Shown: piece after piece, positions 38,764 through 48,626 of the stretch
How positions within the stretch are numbered: position 1 is the first letter of the stretch
How the letters are laid out: each line of letters starts with the position of its first letter
Assembly (NCBI GenBank): GCA_963701185.1
Contig: OY969569.1
Span: 549,486 to 613,485 of the forward strand
Origin: Candidatus Gottesmanbacteria bacterium
Lineage (GTDB): Bacteria > Patescibacteriota > Microgenomatia > UBA10105 > UBA927
Length of the DNA stretch: 64,000 nt
Direction of reading: 5' to 3'
Notes under the pieces: generated by a model
What the model was told of the DNA's origin: nothing
The model's input: the letters and a program-made list of their open reading frames with translations, nothing else
Databases searched by the model: none
Position numbers and translations under genes: made by a program

Positions 38764-39716
38764 CTAAACAAATTTATTCAACAATTCCTTGGCTTCCGAC
38801 TGTTTTTCCGGCGTCACGAGAACCTCGACTAATCCCTGTCCGGGCTGACCGTAATAGACGACGGCCCCGGGCGGTCCGTAGGCAATGGCGGGAAGCGCCA
38901 GAAGATCTTCTTCCCCGGTCACCGTCAGCACCAATTTCTCTTCCGGATGCAGGCTCCATTTTTTAATGACGTCTATCGCCTCCTGGGCGATAAATCCGGG
39001 GCCGCTTGGCACATGAATGCGGAAAATACCTAAACCCGCAAACCGTCCGTCCAACTCCGGATAGGGTTTGCGCTCCACCTGAAAATCAATAATGGAAAGA
39101 GACGGGATGACACCGGCAGTCAGAAATGTTTTGGTCGTAATATCGCCCACGGTGACAATAACGCCGCTCCGGTGGGCTTCGATCGAGCTTCCTATGGCGT
39201 CGCCGATAAGAATCCTGCCTACAGGCTTCCCAAGCTCCGGCCGCATGGTATCCGGTAGAATCAACCGGCCTGTTTTATCAATCTCTCCGTCGCGAACTCT
39301 GGTTGATGAGATCGGTACTGCATCCGCAGCCGGCACAAGCGGAACAAGGAGTAGTCCCAACGGTGCCAGACCTTTTTCCTTACGGATGCGGTTTATTTCC
39401 CCGCCGCGCGATGTATTGTCCGGGGTGACCACAAGCACCTCGAGGTCGTGAGGCTCGCCGCCGGCTCGTACGGGTCGTCGATGGAAAGTATCATCGTCTT
39501 ATCACTATATCCGTTGCTACTCAGCCATTGTTCCAGATCCGCCTTACGATCTGAAAACGCCGAAATCGCATGATCTTTCTTGAATCTGGCAACAAAGGTA
39601 TCTGACGTGAGGCCTATGGTCACATTCTCCCCCGCCTCATACGCCGCAGTCAGAACAGCCTCATGGCCCGTATGGAGTCTGTCAAACGTGCCGGCAACAA
39701 GTACACGGTGGTACAT
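38764..39716 (-). CDS. coaD: Phosphopantetheine adenylyltransferase (archaeal-type cytidylyltransferase) fused to a GTP-dependent dephospho-CoA kinase (DUF359), interrupted by a frameshift near 39440-39460.
   Basis: Upstream frame: VLVAGTFDRLHTGHEAVL (nucleotidyltransferase HxGH). Downstream frame: DLEVLVVTPDNT...ISSTRVRDGEI (PPAT C-terminal motif) then GRILIGDAIG...IVTVGDITT...GVIPSLSIIDFQVERKP (the DUF359 pattern). The frames switch within the GC-rich run GCCGGCGGCGAGCC. Confidence 0.6.
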
Positions 39717-39757
39717 GAGGTAATAGTACGATGAAACAAAGCGGGAGTAAAGAACAC

Positions 39758-40216
39758 CTACGGTCCTATTTCGTTTATGTACTCGCGATATCGCGATTCA
39801 TATCGATGATAAAAGTCACGTTCTTCAGCGGATAGTCCTTTTTTTCCGGATAATCTTTCCATTTTTCCCATAATGTCCGCCTCAACTGTGTGTATTTGAT
39901 CAAGAACCGTTCCGATTAATCCCCCGTGGGGAGGGAAAACACCAATTTGATCCACACGTGTACTGACCCCTTTTTCAACATCAAAAATTGTGGTTCTGCG
40001 TATCTCACGAATAAAGCCACCTTCCATATGAATACCGCCTGACGTTCTCAAATGTCTTAATGCGTCGTCAAAATATATCGCCAGTTCCGGATGGCGTTCT
40101 TCTATGAATGCTTTTGTGTCTTCGTAGTTTTGTCCGTAATGACCCTCTTGGACTTGGTGTTCTCTCGGCATAGGATTTGTATCCCATAATATATCATTAT
40201 GTACCTGCGGAGTCAA
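39758..40216 (-). CDS. Hypothetical protein.
   Basis: 152-aa ORF, operonic with its neighbours. No recognised motif. Confidence 0.45.
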   Translation of the reverse strand: MTPQVHNDILWDTNPMPREHQVQEGHYGQNYEDTKAFIEERHPELAIYFDDALRHLRTSGGIHMEGGFIREIRRTTIFDVEKGVSTRVDQIGVFPPHGGLIGTVLDQIHTVEADIMGKMERLSGKKGLSAEERDFYHRYESRYREYINEIGP

Positions 40217-40220
40217 TAAT

Positions 40221-41060
40221 TTAGGGATACATCAAAGAAGCACGGAACAAAACTGAATGAAACTGTGATGCTTTGGCCAAGGTAAGGTAAGGTTCAAGAC
40301 GGGAATTTTTGAATGAATTTAAATAATCTGCAAACTGCTGTATTCGATCAAGAATTTGTCTGGCTTCTTTAAAATATCCGCCTTTAATATCCATTTCCCC
40401 TTTCTCAAGCATATCAAGAAGTATTTTGTTGGATTCTGTCATTTCACCTTTAAGAAGACGATGAATATCCGTTTCTGTAATACGTTCGTCAGGCCTACGA
40501 AGAGCTATCGGAGCATATCTCTTTGCTGCTCTTGCGATTTCCGCTTCAGTTATTTTGTAGGCTGCTGCTATATCACCTGAATTTTCCTTTTTTGCCATAA
40601 ACTCAAACATGCCCCGCCACTGAATAAAGCCGGGTGCGGGAGAGCCTGTGAAGGGCATGGAGAGAAAATACCCTGTCCTTTTTTCCGGGATGAGATTACG
40701 ATCGTCGTAATGAACAGGGATAATGCAAATATTTCCGTCCTGAAAAAAAACGGGTTTTATACGGTTGTCAGCGGCGGAAACCTCGGTAACAAGGGAACCT
40801 CCGCGTTCTGCACGAAGACGGGAATGTATCCCGGTGAGGATAGGATTATTCGGATCGGATTGTACTTTTATTGTCGTCTCCGCCAGTTTTTGAAAAACAT
40901 TCCTGAAACGTAGAGTGGTGTTTTTTGCCGCGTGATGGATATCTGAAATCGTGTGAGGGGCAATAATTTCCCAGTTTCTGCCTTTGAATGCCAAAAGCTC
41001 TTTACTTCGGGGTAATAGATCTTCAACGATGCCAACAGTATTATTTGGTTTTTCCGTCAT
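40221..41060 (-). CDS. Hypothetical protein.
   Basis: 279-aa ORF at the head of the minus-strand cluster 37399-41060. No recognised motif. Confidence 0.5.
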   Translation of the reverse strand: MTEKPNNTVGIVEDLLPRSKELLAFKGRNWEIIAPHTISDIHHAAKNTTLRFRNVFQKLAETTIKVQSDPNNPILTGIHSRLRAERGGSLVTEVSAADNRIKPVFFQDGNICIIPVHYDDRNLIPEKRTGYFLSMPFTGSPAPGFIQWRGMFEFMAKKENSGDIAAAYKITEAEIARAAKRYAPIALRRPDERITETDIHRLLKGEMTESNKILLDMLEKGEMDIKGGYFKEARQILDRIQQFADYLNSFKNSRLEPYLTLAKASQFHSVLFRASLMYP

Positions 41061-41088
41061 AGTTTTTCTGATTTTACCTTATAGTATG

Positions 41089-41412
41089 TACTGCATGCAA
41101 ATGGATATCCGGCTGTATACAGAGTATACTATGCGCGGTATGACACCTAATGAAAAACAGCCAAACAGCGTTCGGCACTACTTTGAAACAGAGGTATATC
41201 CTGAACATGCTGCTGCCATAAAGGCAGCAGAAAAGAAAAAAGTCCCTCATTTTATTCCTCGCCGCCGCAGCAGGCATGAAGATGAACCCATGCAAACGAG
41301 GTGGGATTGCGGATGTGTCACGACCCTCGCCCCTGATGGGACAATTCTTCGCTCGCAATGCGGAACTGACGATTGCCTCTATGACCAGGGCATGGCCAAC
41401 AGAGTAAAATGA
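41089..41412 (+). CDS. Possible small Cys-containing protein, hypothetical.
   Basis: The only substantial + frame in the 41061-41460 gap. Starting at an internal Met avoids overlap with the divergent gene. Weak call. Confidence 0.3.
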   Translation, partial: YCMQMDIRLYTEYTMRGMTPNEKQPNSVRHYFETEVYPEHAAAIKAAEKKKVPHFIPRRRSRHEDEPMQTRWDCGCVTTLAPDGTILRSQCGTDDCLYDQGMANRVK

Positions 41413-41460
41413 ACAAAGCTCCCCCTCGTTTTTCCCTCTGGTATCTTTTATACTGAGTAC

Positions 41461-42123
41461 ATGCATCCCTTTGCCCAATACCTCGATTTTGCCAACCACC
41501 GAGCCAGTGCGACGCCCGCGGATATCGAGAACCTATGCGCATCAGTCGTGGAACATGGTTTCCACGCGGCTTTTATGAATGCGTGCTATATTAGTCCCGC
41601 CCACACCAAATACGCGGCGGGACTAAAAATCGGAACGGTGGTAAGTTTTCCGCTGGGCCAGGATACGGTTGCCGCAAAGGTGGCCGCGACCAACGAAGCG
41701 GTGCAACTGGGCGCGGACGAACTGGATATCGTCCCCAATATCGGCACGTTCCTCTCCGGCGACACCGACGGGTTTGTGGCGGAAATGAAAGCTATTGTTG
41801 ACGGCGCACGGATGGTAGGTCAGCCCGTGATCGTAAAGTTTATTCTCGACCCCGGGTACATAACTACCCCGGATCAAATGAAACAGGCCGCACTGGCAAT
41901 CCAGCAGTCCGGCGCGGATTTTGTCAAAATAGGAAGCGGCATGGGGCCCAGAGGCCCGTCCGTTGAGGATGTAAAAATCGTGCGGGACGCAGTCGGTCCG
42001 GATATGAAAATTAAAGTCGCCGGAGGCATTGATACCTACGAAGAAGCCAAGGCATTCATCGACGCGGGAGTGGTCCGTATCGGCACGTCGCACGCGATAG
42101 ACATTGTATGCGCAAAAAGATAA
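41461..42123 (+). CDS. deoC: Deoxyribose-phosphate aldolase family.
   Basis: TIM-barrel class I aldolase pattern. FVKIGSG matches the Schiff-base Lys region (FVKTSTGF) of DeoC, with C-terminal VRIGTS. Confidence 0.8.
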   Translation: MHPFAQYLDFANHRASATPADIENLCASVVEHGFHAAFMNACYISPAHTKYAAGLKIGTVVSFPLGQDTVAAKVAATNEAVQLGADELDIVPNIGTFLSGDTDGFVAEMKAIVDGARMVGQPVIVKFILDPGYITTPDQMKQAALAIQQSGADFVKIGSGMGPRGPSVEDVKIVRDAVGPDMKIKVAGGIDTYEEAKAFIDAGVVRIGTSHAIDIVCAKR

Positions 42124-43463
42124 CGTCCGTTGAGATTGCCGTTTTTGTCGCCATAGGCCTCATTGCAATCCTTTTAAACCGCATGGGGGTCCGCTTTGAT
42201 TTACGTCTGCGGGCCACCGGAATTCCGGCAAATATTGTCGTTTCGACGAAAACCGGACTGACCCCCTTCCCTACCGCGTTTTACCATGCATTTGCCCAGG
42301 GAGGCGAAGAAAAAACGGACATGCTTTCCCCGGTTGCCTCTGCCGTCCGCGCACTCAAGCCCGCATACATCCGCATTGATCATATTTTTGACAGCTACCG
42401 CGTGGTGCACAAAGAAAACGGCACCCTCACGTTTGATTTTACCCGGCTGGATCGGACTGTCGATACGATCCGTGGCACCGGCGCAACCCCGGTCCTTTCC
42501 CTTTCCTACATGCCCGCGGCAATTGCAAAAGACGGAATCATCACCAATCCACCGGACAATTGGAATGATTGGGTGTCGATTGTGCGGGAGACAATAGAAC
42601 ATTACAGCGGCAAAACCAATAAAAATCTCTCCGGCGTGTATTATGAAGTCTGGAATGAGCCTGACCTGCCGCAGTTCGGGAGCTGGAAAACCTACGGCAA
42701 CAAAAATTATCTCACCCTGTACGGCTATGCCGCCGACGGCGCCAATTCTGCCCGCAATGTCAATACGTTTTATTTCGGCGGACCTGCAACAACAGGACTG
42801 TACAAAGATTGGGTCACGGCCATCCGTAAAACCGGCTCCCGTATGGATTTCGTGAGCTGGCATATATATAACAGCGACCCGAAACGTTTCAGCCGGGACC
42901 GGCAAACCGCAGGCGAATGGGGCATTCCGACACTCATCACCGAATTCGGATTCACCGGGAATAAAGATGAACGCTATGGCACAACGTATGGGGCCGCCTA
43001 CATGGCTGCGGTCATCCGGCAGATCGTTTCAGACCCGCCGGCCGGCTTGTTTACCTTTGAACTGAAAGACGGACCCGCGGATACGACTGACGGATGGGGG
43101 CTTTTGCCGCATGAAAACGCGGGAGGAGATCCAAAACCGCGGTATCAGCTCTTTCCCCTGCTGGATGAATTATCCGGCGACATGCTGCAGGTTTCCGGCG
43201 AGGGCACGTGGGTGACGGCGATCGCGTCTACCCGCAGCGGCACCGTCAGGACGCTTCTGGTTAATTTCCATCCCGACGGCAACCACTCCGAAAACGTCCC
43301 CGTCACATTTACCGGACTTATCCCAGGGCAATACGCGTTCCGGCAGTACCAACTTTTGGGTCACGATGCAACAATACGGGTAACAATTCCTGCGGAAAAC
43401 TGGCAGACAAATGTCTTCATGCCTCCCAATGCCGTCACCCTCCTGACACTGACGCGTTTGTGA
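42108..43463 (+). CDS. Membrane-anchored clan GH-A glycoside hydrolase (GH39/GH5-like).
   Basis: N-terminal TM helix. YYEVWNEPDL (NEP acid/base Glu) and ITEFG (nucleophile Glu) are spaced as in GH-A enzymes. Confidence 0.65.
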   Translation: MRKKITSVEIAVFVAIGLIAILLNRMGVRFDLRLRATGIPANIVVSTKTGLTPFPTAFYHAFAQGGEEKTDMLSPVASAVRALKPAYIRIDHIFDSYRVVHKENGTLTFDFTRLDRTVDTIRGTGATPVLSLSYMPAAIAKDGIITNPPDNWNDWVSIVRETIEHYSGKTNKNLSGVYYEVWNEPDLPQFGSWKTYGNKNYLTLYGYAADGANSARNVNTFYFGGPATTGLYKDWVTAIRKTGSRMDFVSWHIYNSDPKRFSRDRQTAGEWGIPTLITEFGFTGNKDERYGTTYGAAYMAAVIRQIVSDPPAGLFTFELKDGPADTTDGWGLLPHENAGGDPKPRYQLFPLLDELSGDMLQVSGEGTWVTAIASTRSGTVRTLLVNFHPDGNHSENVPVTFTGLIPGQYAFRQYQLLGHDATIRVTIPAENWQTNVFMPPNAVTLLTLTRL

Positions 43464-44086
43464 GGCGTTCGATGGCGCCTGCGACATTGGCAGGGTCTTT
43501 GAAGATAAAACTTGTGGAAACCAGCCGCGTAGCACCCGCTTCCGTCACCACACGTACGGTCTTATCATTTATTCCCCCTGAAACTTCTATCGGGAGGTGG
43601 GGTAAATACCTGCGGATCGATTTAATTTTTTCCAGACACTCCGGTAAAAACGCCGCGCCGGAAAAGCCTGCTTCCACCATCATCACCAAAACAAAGTCCA
43701 CTTCCTCCAAAAACGGCTCAACGGTCTCAAATTCCGTGGGTCCGTCGATGGCGATACCCACCTCTACTTCTTCATGTTTCACCGCATCCAAAAAAAGCCG
43801 CGGATCATGTGCTTCAACATGGGCAATAAGCCGCCTGAAACCGGCATCCGCGGCCGGTTTTATGTATTTTTCGGGGGATGTGACCATGAAGTGGGCTTCC
43901 AATTGGGGAGATAAGGGTGATAAGGGGAAATCGGGAAAAATCTAAAAATGTTGTATTGGGTACCATCGTGTTATCCGCAAACTCAATCTGCACCCAGTCA
44001 ACAAGACCTGTCACCAGGCGAATTCTCTCCTCGATCATTTCCCACTCTTTTTCTAAAATTCCGGGGATGATATCAATTGTGCTCAC
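43435..44086 (-). CDS. rpe: Ribulose-phosphate 3-epimerase, split by a frameshift near 43905-43912.
   Basis: The N-terminal ORF (44086-43814) has IIPGILE...WVQIEFADNTMVPNTTFLDF. The C-terminal ORF (43902-43435) begins LEAHFMVTSPEKYI (Rpe LDVHLMV block) and has GADFV-like and GGIN blocks. The frames switch at the CCCCAATTGG homopolymer. Confidence 0.65.
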
Positions 44087-44158
44087 TTTGGAAGTTTATT
44101 GCCCAATGCTTCGTCCCACTTCGTCCCGCATGGCGGGACTTCGCGGGACTCATATTGT

Positions 44159-44470
44159 TTATTTAGGTAACTTGTTACTTAAACTTTCGTATGCGCCGTC
44201 CAGCTTGGTGAACGTCTCATCGCCCATGGCATCCTGTGCCCAGGCCACCGACAGTAAACTGCGTACGCCCGCGACACTCCCTGCGGCATCGCGGAGTTTC
44301 ATATCGCGCTCACGTCGGTCCCGGCGCGATACGCCGTCCGCGATGATTGTAAGGGTTTTGAGCCCTAACTTCTGTGCCCGCTCGATAACTTCGTTTTCCC
44401 CTCCCAGAGCACAAAGGTCTAATACCGCCGTATACGACATCTGCCACAGTTTATCGTCATGGAAACTCAT
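44159..44470 (-). CDS. Hypothetical 103-aa protein downstream of the PAS protein.
   Basis: An ORF 19 nt after the PAS-protein stop. No recognised motif. It could be a detached output domain. Confidence 0.4.
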   Translation of the reverse strand: MSFHDDKLWQMSYTAVLDLCALGGENEVIERAQKLGLKTLTIIADGVSRRDRRERDMKLRDAAGSVAGVRSLLSVAWAQDAMGDETFTKLDGAYESLSNKLPK

Positions 44471-44489
44471 GAGTAGAATTATAACACAC

Positions 44490-45257
44490 TCACAGGGCCT
44501 TGTCCGCCTCCGTAAGCTCGCGGATCGTGGTCACGCGGACACGCTGGCCGCGGTATTGAGCCATTTGACCGCAAATTTCTACGTGTGCTACCGTCCCGTC
44601 TTTTTTATGCGCCGTCACGCGGTAGCACCCTGCTGCTTCTTCGGTAATGTGTTTTTTGACGAGATCCTGCGATTCCGCCGGAAAAAAGTCCAGCACGTGT
44701 TTACCGATCATCTCGGCAACCGTATATCCGGACATATCGGCAAGCTTCGTGTTGCAGAGTAAAATAATGCCGTTGTCATGGATCGCGATGCCTTCCTGTG
44801 CCACTTCTGACAATATCCGGAACCGTTCTTCGCTTTCCAAGAGCGATCCTTCCGCACGTTTCAAATTGCTGACATCTTCACCGATACTTAACGTACCCAG
44901 GGGTGCACCCGCCGGATCTTTGAGAACCGCATTTGTCCAGGAAATTTGCCGCAGTTCACCGGATTTTGTAAAAATAGCATTTTCGTACCGTGTATAGCTT
45001 TCTTTCGCAAGAATCTCGGCAAATGTTGAAACGAGCATGGAGCGTAACGGCTGGGGAATAAATGTTTCAAACCAATTTTTCCCGATGACTTCTTCCGACG
45101 TAAACCCGGTAACCGTCAGAAAAAACGGATTGACATACGTCACCTTGCCCTGGGTATCCAGCCCGACACCCAACAGCGGCATATGTTCAAAGAAGGTCGT
45201 GAGTACCCGCTCAGTGGCCAAATCGGAGAAAATGGGGTTCGTCGGCAGATCAGACAT
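44490..45257 (-). CDS. Tandem PAS/PAC sensor protein with no attached output domain.
   Basis: Two PAS-like segments (GKVTYVNPFFLTVTGFTSEEVIGKNWFE... and GIILLCNTKLADMSGYTVAEMIGKHVLDFF...), each followed by a PAC-like block. Confidence 0.65.
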   Translation of the reverse strand: MSDLPTNPIFSDLATERVLTTFFEHMPLLGVGLDTQGKVTYVNPFFLTVTGFTSEEVIGKNWFETFIPQPLRSMLVSTFAEILAKESYTRYENAIFTKSGELRQISWTNAVLKDPAGAPLGTLSIGEDVSNLKRAEGSLLESEERFRILSEVAQEGIAIHDNGIILLCNTKLADMSGYTVAEMIGKHVLDFFPAESQDLVKKHITEEAAGCYRVTAHKKDGTVAHVEICGQMAQYRGQRVRVTTIRELTEADKAL

Positions 45258-45310
45258 AACCTACGGCATCAGTATCACACGATAAAAAGTGTTTTGCAAG
45301 ACACATTTGC

Positions 45311-45712
45311 TTACTGAATAATAATTTTGGGGGCAACAGTAGCCGAAGGTGTCGCGGGGCCTATATTGATCGGCGCCACATCGATAATCTTATTTGCATC
45401 GACACGGTATAATATTGCTTTCTTTGCCTTCATATAGATAATCACTTTGTCTCCGTTCACCGCATTAGCAAAAAACGGCTGATCTTTCAACAAGGTGATA
45501 TCCTTCACCTGCATAACCGTAGGCTCCTCTCCCTGCGGCAGCATCATGAGCTTTGAAACGGCGGCAATCGTGACTTTGGCATCCTGCTTGGCGACTTCGG
45601 TCGGGTTATCCAATTTAAACTGGGCCTTTTGGTACTGCCGGAAAAAATAAACTGACGGAAAAACGGCTAAAATCACAAGAAGGACGATACCGATTGCGAG
45701 TTTATATTTCAT
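45311..45712 (-). CDS. Membrane-anchored hypothetical protein.
   Basis: N-terminal TM helix (LAIGIVLLVILAVFPSVYFF). 133 aa. Confidence 0.45.
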   Translation of the reverse strand: MKYKLAIGIVLLVILAVFPSVYFFRQYQKAQFKLDNPTEVAKQDAKVTIAAVSKLMMLPQGEEPTVMQVKDITLLKDQPFFANAVNGDKVIIYMKAKKAILYRVDANKIIDVAPINIGPATPSATVAPKIIIQ

Positions 45713-45734
45713 AAAACGTATTATAATACAAGCG

Positions 45735-46349
45735 ATGTCAAAACCATACTATTCCGTCATTCTCCCGATCCGCAACGAGGAAGAATCCCTGCCGCAGCTT
45801 TTTGCCGAAATAGAACAGGCGTTTGCCGGAAAACAGTATGAAATCATTGCCGTCGATGATGCATCGGGGTATGCCGATCATCCGGGAAAATGGGAGGCAC
45901 TCCGGGCCGGCATAGACCGGGCAAAGGGATCGGTTGTCATCACGATGGATGCGGACCTCCAGGACGATCCAAAGGAAATAAAAAAACTTCTTGTACCCGG
46001 TTTTGATGTGGTGTCCGGATGGCGTTCCCCCCGCAGGGATGCATTCTATAAAATTGTCCTCACCCGTATCGCCAATCTCCTCTTCGGATTTAAAGATTTT
46101 TCAAGTCCCTACAAAGTCTATCGAAAAGACGCACTTGCCCGGCTTCCGAAAGAAGGATCACTCCTTCGGTATTCATATCTTTTTGCCCGCAAATTCGGCA
46201 TGCGTATTGTCGAGGTGCCGGTTTCTCATCGGCCCAGATTGTACGGAAAATCAAAATTCGGAGTTATCAAATACTTCCGGATTTTTTATGATCTAGTCCT
46301 CCTCTCTTTGCTATTTCGCGGATCAGGAAGACTGGAGAAACGTATATGA
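45735..46349 (+). CDS. Family 2 glycosyltransferase (polyprenyl-phosphate sugar synthase / DPM1-like).
   Basis: YSVILPIRNEEESL, AVDDASG, and VVITMDADLQDDP (DxD) blocks. Confidence 0.8.
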   Translation: MSKPYYSVILPIRNEEESLPQLFAEIEQAFAGKQYEIIAVDDASGYADHPGKWEALRAGIDRAKGSVVITMDADLQDDPKEIKKLLVPGFDVVSGWRSPRRDAFYKIVLTRIANLLFGFKDFSSPYKVYRKDALARLPKEGSLLRYSYLFARKFGMRIVEVPVSHRPRLYGKSKFGVIKYFRIFYDLVLLSLLFRGSGRLEKRI

Positions 46350-47443
46350 TTCCCGTATCCCGACCGCTTCCTGCGCCACACACGCAATCATATCTTATTG
46401 ATTGTGCGCGATCCGGCTGGTTTTCGTCTCACGGACCGTATGTAGCGAGGTTTGAACAGGCATTCGCCTCATACCTGGGTATTTCCCATGCCGCAGCTGT
46501 CCCCAGCGGCACCGCCGCACTACATCTGGCTCTTGCGGCCCTGGATATCCATAAAGGAGACGAAGTCATCGTCCCCACATTCACGATGTTTTCCCCGGTT
46601 GCGGCAATTCTGTATACCGGTGCCACACCGATCTTTGTCGATAGTGATCCCCGTTCATGGACACTCGACGTGACCCACGTTGCACAAAAGATAACGAAAC
46701 GGACCCGTGCAATTCTTGCTGTCCACATCTACGGTCATCCGGCGGACATGGATCCGCTCCGGGCACTCGCCAAAAAACACAATGTCTTTCTTATCGAAGA
46801 CGCTGCAGAAGGGTTAGGCGCGCTCTATAAAGGAAAAAAAGTCGGAACACTCTCAGATATCGCGTGTTTCAGCTTTTACGCAAATAAGCTGGTCACGACC
46901 GGCGAAGGCGGTATGGCGGTAACTAATAGTATACGTCTTTATACCCGCATCAAGAGCCTTGCGGACATGGCCTACCACCCGAAAAAACGGTTTCTCCATA
47001 CGGATCTGGGATTTACATACCGGATGAGCAACATGCAGGCTGCGGTAGGCCTCGCCTATCTTGAAGAAATTGAGAAAACGATTCAGAAAAAACGCGCGAT
47101 TGCATCGTTGTACAACCGGCTTTTGACAGACGTGCAGGACATTACCAGACATGAACAGGAATCCTGGGCGTCGCCCGTATGGTGGATGTACGGCATTCTT
47201 ACCCCCAATCGCGATGAGGTGAGGAAGAAATTATTTGCGCACGGCATAGATACCCGTGATTTCTTTGTTCCCTGCCACCGCCAACCGGCTCTCGGCAAAC
47301 TCGGGGTCCGTGCATTCGGACACTTTCCTGCTGCAGATATGCTCTCTGCCCGAGGCATCTATTTGCCATCAGGACCTGCTATCGACGACCGTGATATCCG
47401 TACGGTCTGCCGAGCGATCAAAAAAATCTATGCAGCGTTGTAG
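46346..47443 (+). CDS. DegT/DnrJ/EryC1/StrS-family PLP-dependent sugar aminotransferase.
   Basis: The VPSGTAALHLAL and ILAVHIYGHPADMD blocks and a FSFYANKLVTTGEGG (PLP Lys) block, typical of ArnB/WecE-like enzymes. Confidence 0.85.
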   Translation: MIPVSRPLPAPHTQSYLIDCARSGWFSSHGPYVARFEQAFASYLGISHAAAVPSGTAALHLALAALDIHKGDEVIVPTFTMFSPVAAILYTGATPIFVDSDPRSWTLDVTHVAQKITKRTRAILAVHIYGHPADMDPLRALAKKHNVFLIEDAAEGLGALYKGKKVGTLSDIACFSFYANKLVTTGEGGMAVTNSIRLYTRIKSLADMAYHPKKRFLHTDLGFTYRMSNMQAAVGLAYLEEIEKTIQKKRAIASLYNRLLTDVQDITRHEQESWASPVWWMYGILTPNRDEVRKKLFAHGIDTRDFFVPCHRQPALGKLGVRAFGHFPAADMLSARGIYLPSGPAIDDRDIRTVCRAIKKIYAAL

Positions 47444-48626
47444 ATTGTGTGGTCATCAGACAAAAGCATTTCTTGATTTAGGGCGCGTGCCGCTCCCGGA
47501 AGAATTCCGGCTGAAAAAAGATAGAGAAAAACGCATCATCACCTATCCCCTGGGGCTTTCCTATTGCATCCGCTGTTTCCATGTACAGCTGACACGACCC
47601 GTCGGGGCGGATCCTATTTACAAAAATAATTATTTTTATGATTATTCCGTTACCGCGGCAGGACGCGCCCATTGGCAACAGTTAGCACGACTCCTGGGGA
47701 GCACGCTCACCAAAAAAGATCTTGTCGTTGATGTCGGCAGTAATACCGGTACGCTGTTATCCTATTTCAAAGCGTCGGGCTTCCGAATTCTCGGCGTGGA
47801 TCCGGCGGGAAAATTGGTCCGTATCGCCCGCGCAAACGGTATTCCCACCATCAACGCATACTTTACTCCCGCGATAGCACAAAAAATAGTGAAACAATAC
47901 GGCCGGGCACGTGTCATTACGTGCACGAATGTTTTTGACCACGTTGCGGAGCTTGACCGGATCACCAAAGCGTTCCGGCTGCTTTTGGCACCCGGCGGCA
48001 CCCTTGTTATTGAAGTGCCCTATTTCTACCGAATGCTTACAAAATGTACTCATATTGTCTACCACCAGCAAATCGACTATATGATGCTTACCCAACTCGT
48101 TTCGTATTTCCGATCATTCGGTTTGACGGTCGTTGATGCCCAGGAAATCCCTCTCCACGGCGGTTCGATGCGACTCTATGTGAAACATAAAGGAAACGCG
48201 ACCAAACGCCTCGGACAACTTCTTGTCCATGAGAAAAAAATCATATCGCAGTATCCAAAAAGGCTTGTGCAATTTGGCGAACGGGTACTCCATCAACGGG
48301 ATGCCTTTGCGACCGCCATCAAAAAACTCAAAAAACAACACAAAACGATCGCCGCCGTCGGGGCATCGGCCAAAGGCATCACGCTTCTGAATTATTCCGG
48401 TCTGGGGCCCACAGACATCGCTTTTATCACCGAAAAATCTCCGCTTAAAATCGGACGGTTCACGCCAAACGGCATACCGGTTGTGAAGGACGGTATTCTT
48501 CTGACACGCCAACCCGACTATGCCATCCTCCTTTCCTGGAATTTTGCAGGAGAAATCATGGGTCATCTTACATCTTATACCGGACACTGGATCATACCTG
48601 TCCCTTCCCTACGGGTACTATCATGA
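47430..48626 (+). CDS. SAM-dependent sugar C-methyltransferase-like protein with an N-terminal zinc ribbon.
   Basis: MQRCRLCGH...CIRCFHVQL Cys4, VVDVGSNTGTLL (SAM motif I), and the C-terminal domain typical of NDP-hexose C-methyltransferases (TylC3-like). The start is at an internal Met overlapping the DegT 3' end. Confidence 0.65.
   Translation: MQRCRLCGHQTKAFLDLGRVPLPEEFRLKKDREKRIITYPLGLSYCIRCFHVQLTRPVGADPIYKNNYFYDYSVTAAGRAHWQQLARLLGSTLTKKDLVVDVGSNTGTLLSYFKASGFRILGVDPAGKLVRIARANGIPTINAYFTPAIAQKIVKQYGRARVITCTNVFDHVAELDRITKAFRLLLAPGGTLVIEVPYFYRMLTKCTHIVYHQQIDYMMLTQLVSYFRSFGLTVVDAQEIPLHGGSMRLYVKHKGNATKRLGQLLVHEKKIISQYPKRLVQFGERVLHQRDAFATAIKKLKKQHKTIAAVGASAKGITLLNYSGLGPTDIAFITEKSPLKIGRFTPNGIPVVKDGILLTRQPDYAILLSWNFAGEIMGHLTSYTGHWIIPVPSLRVLS

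Noticed and set aside
43917-44762. 281-aa plus-strand ORF.
   Set aside because: Antisense to the rpe N-terminus, the 103-aa gene and the PAS gene. Ser/Arg-rich composition typical of shadow frames in GC-rich coding DNA.
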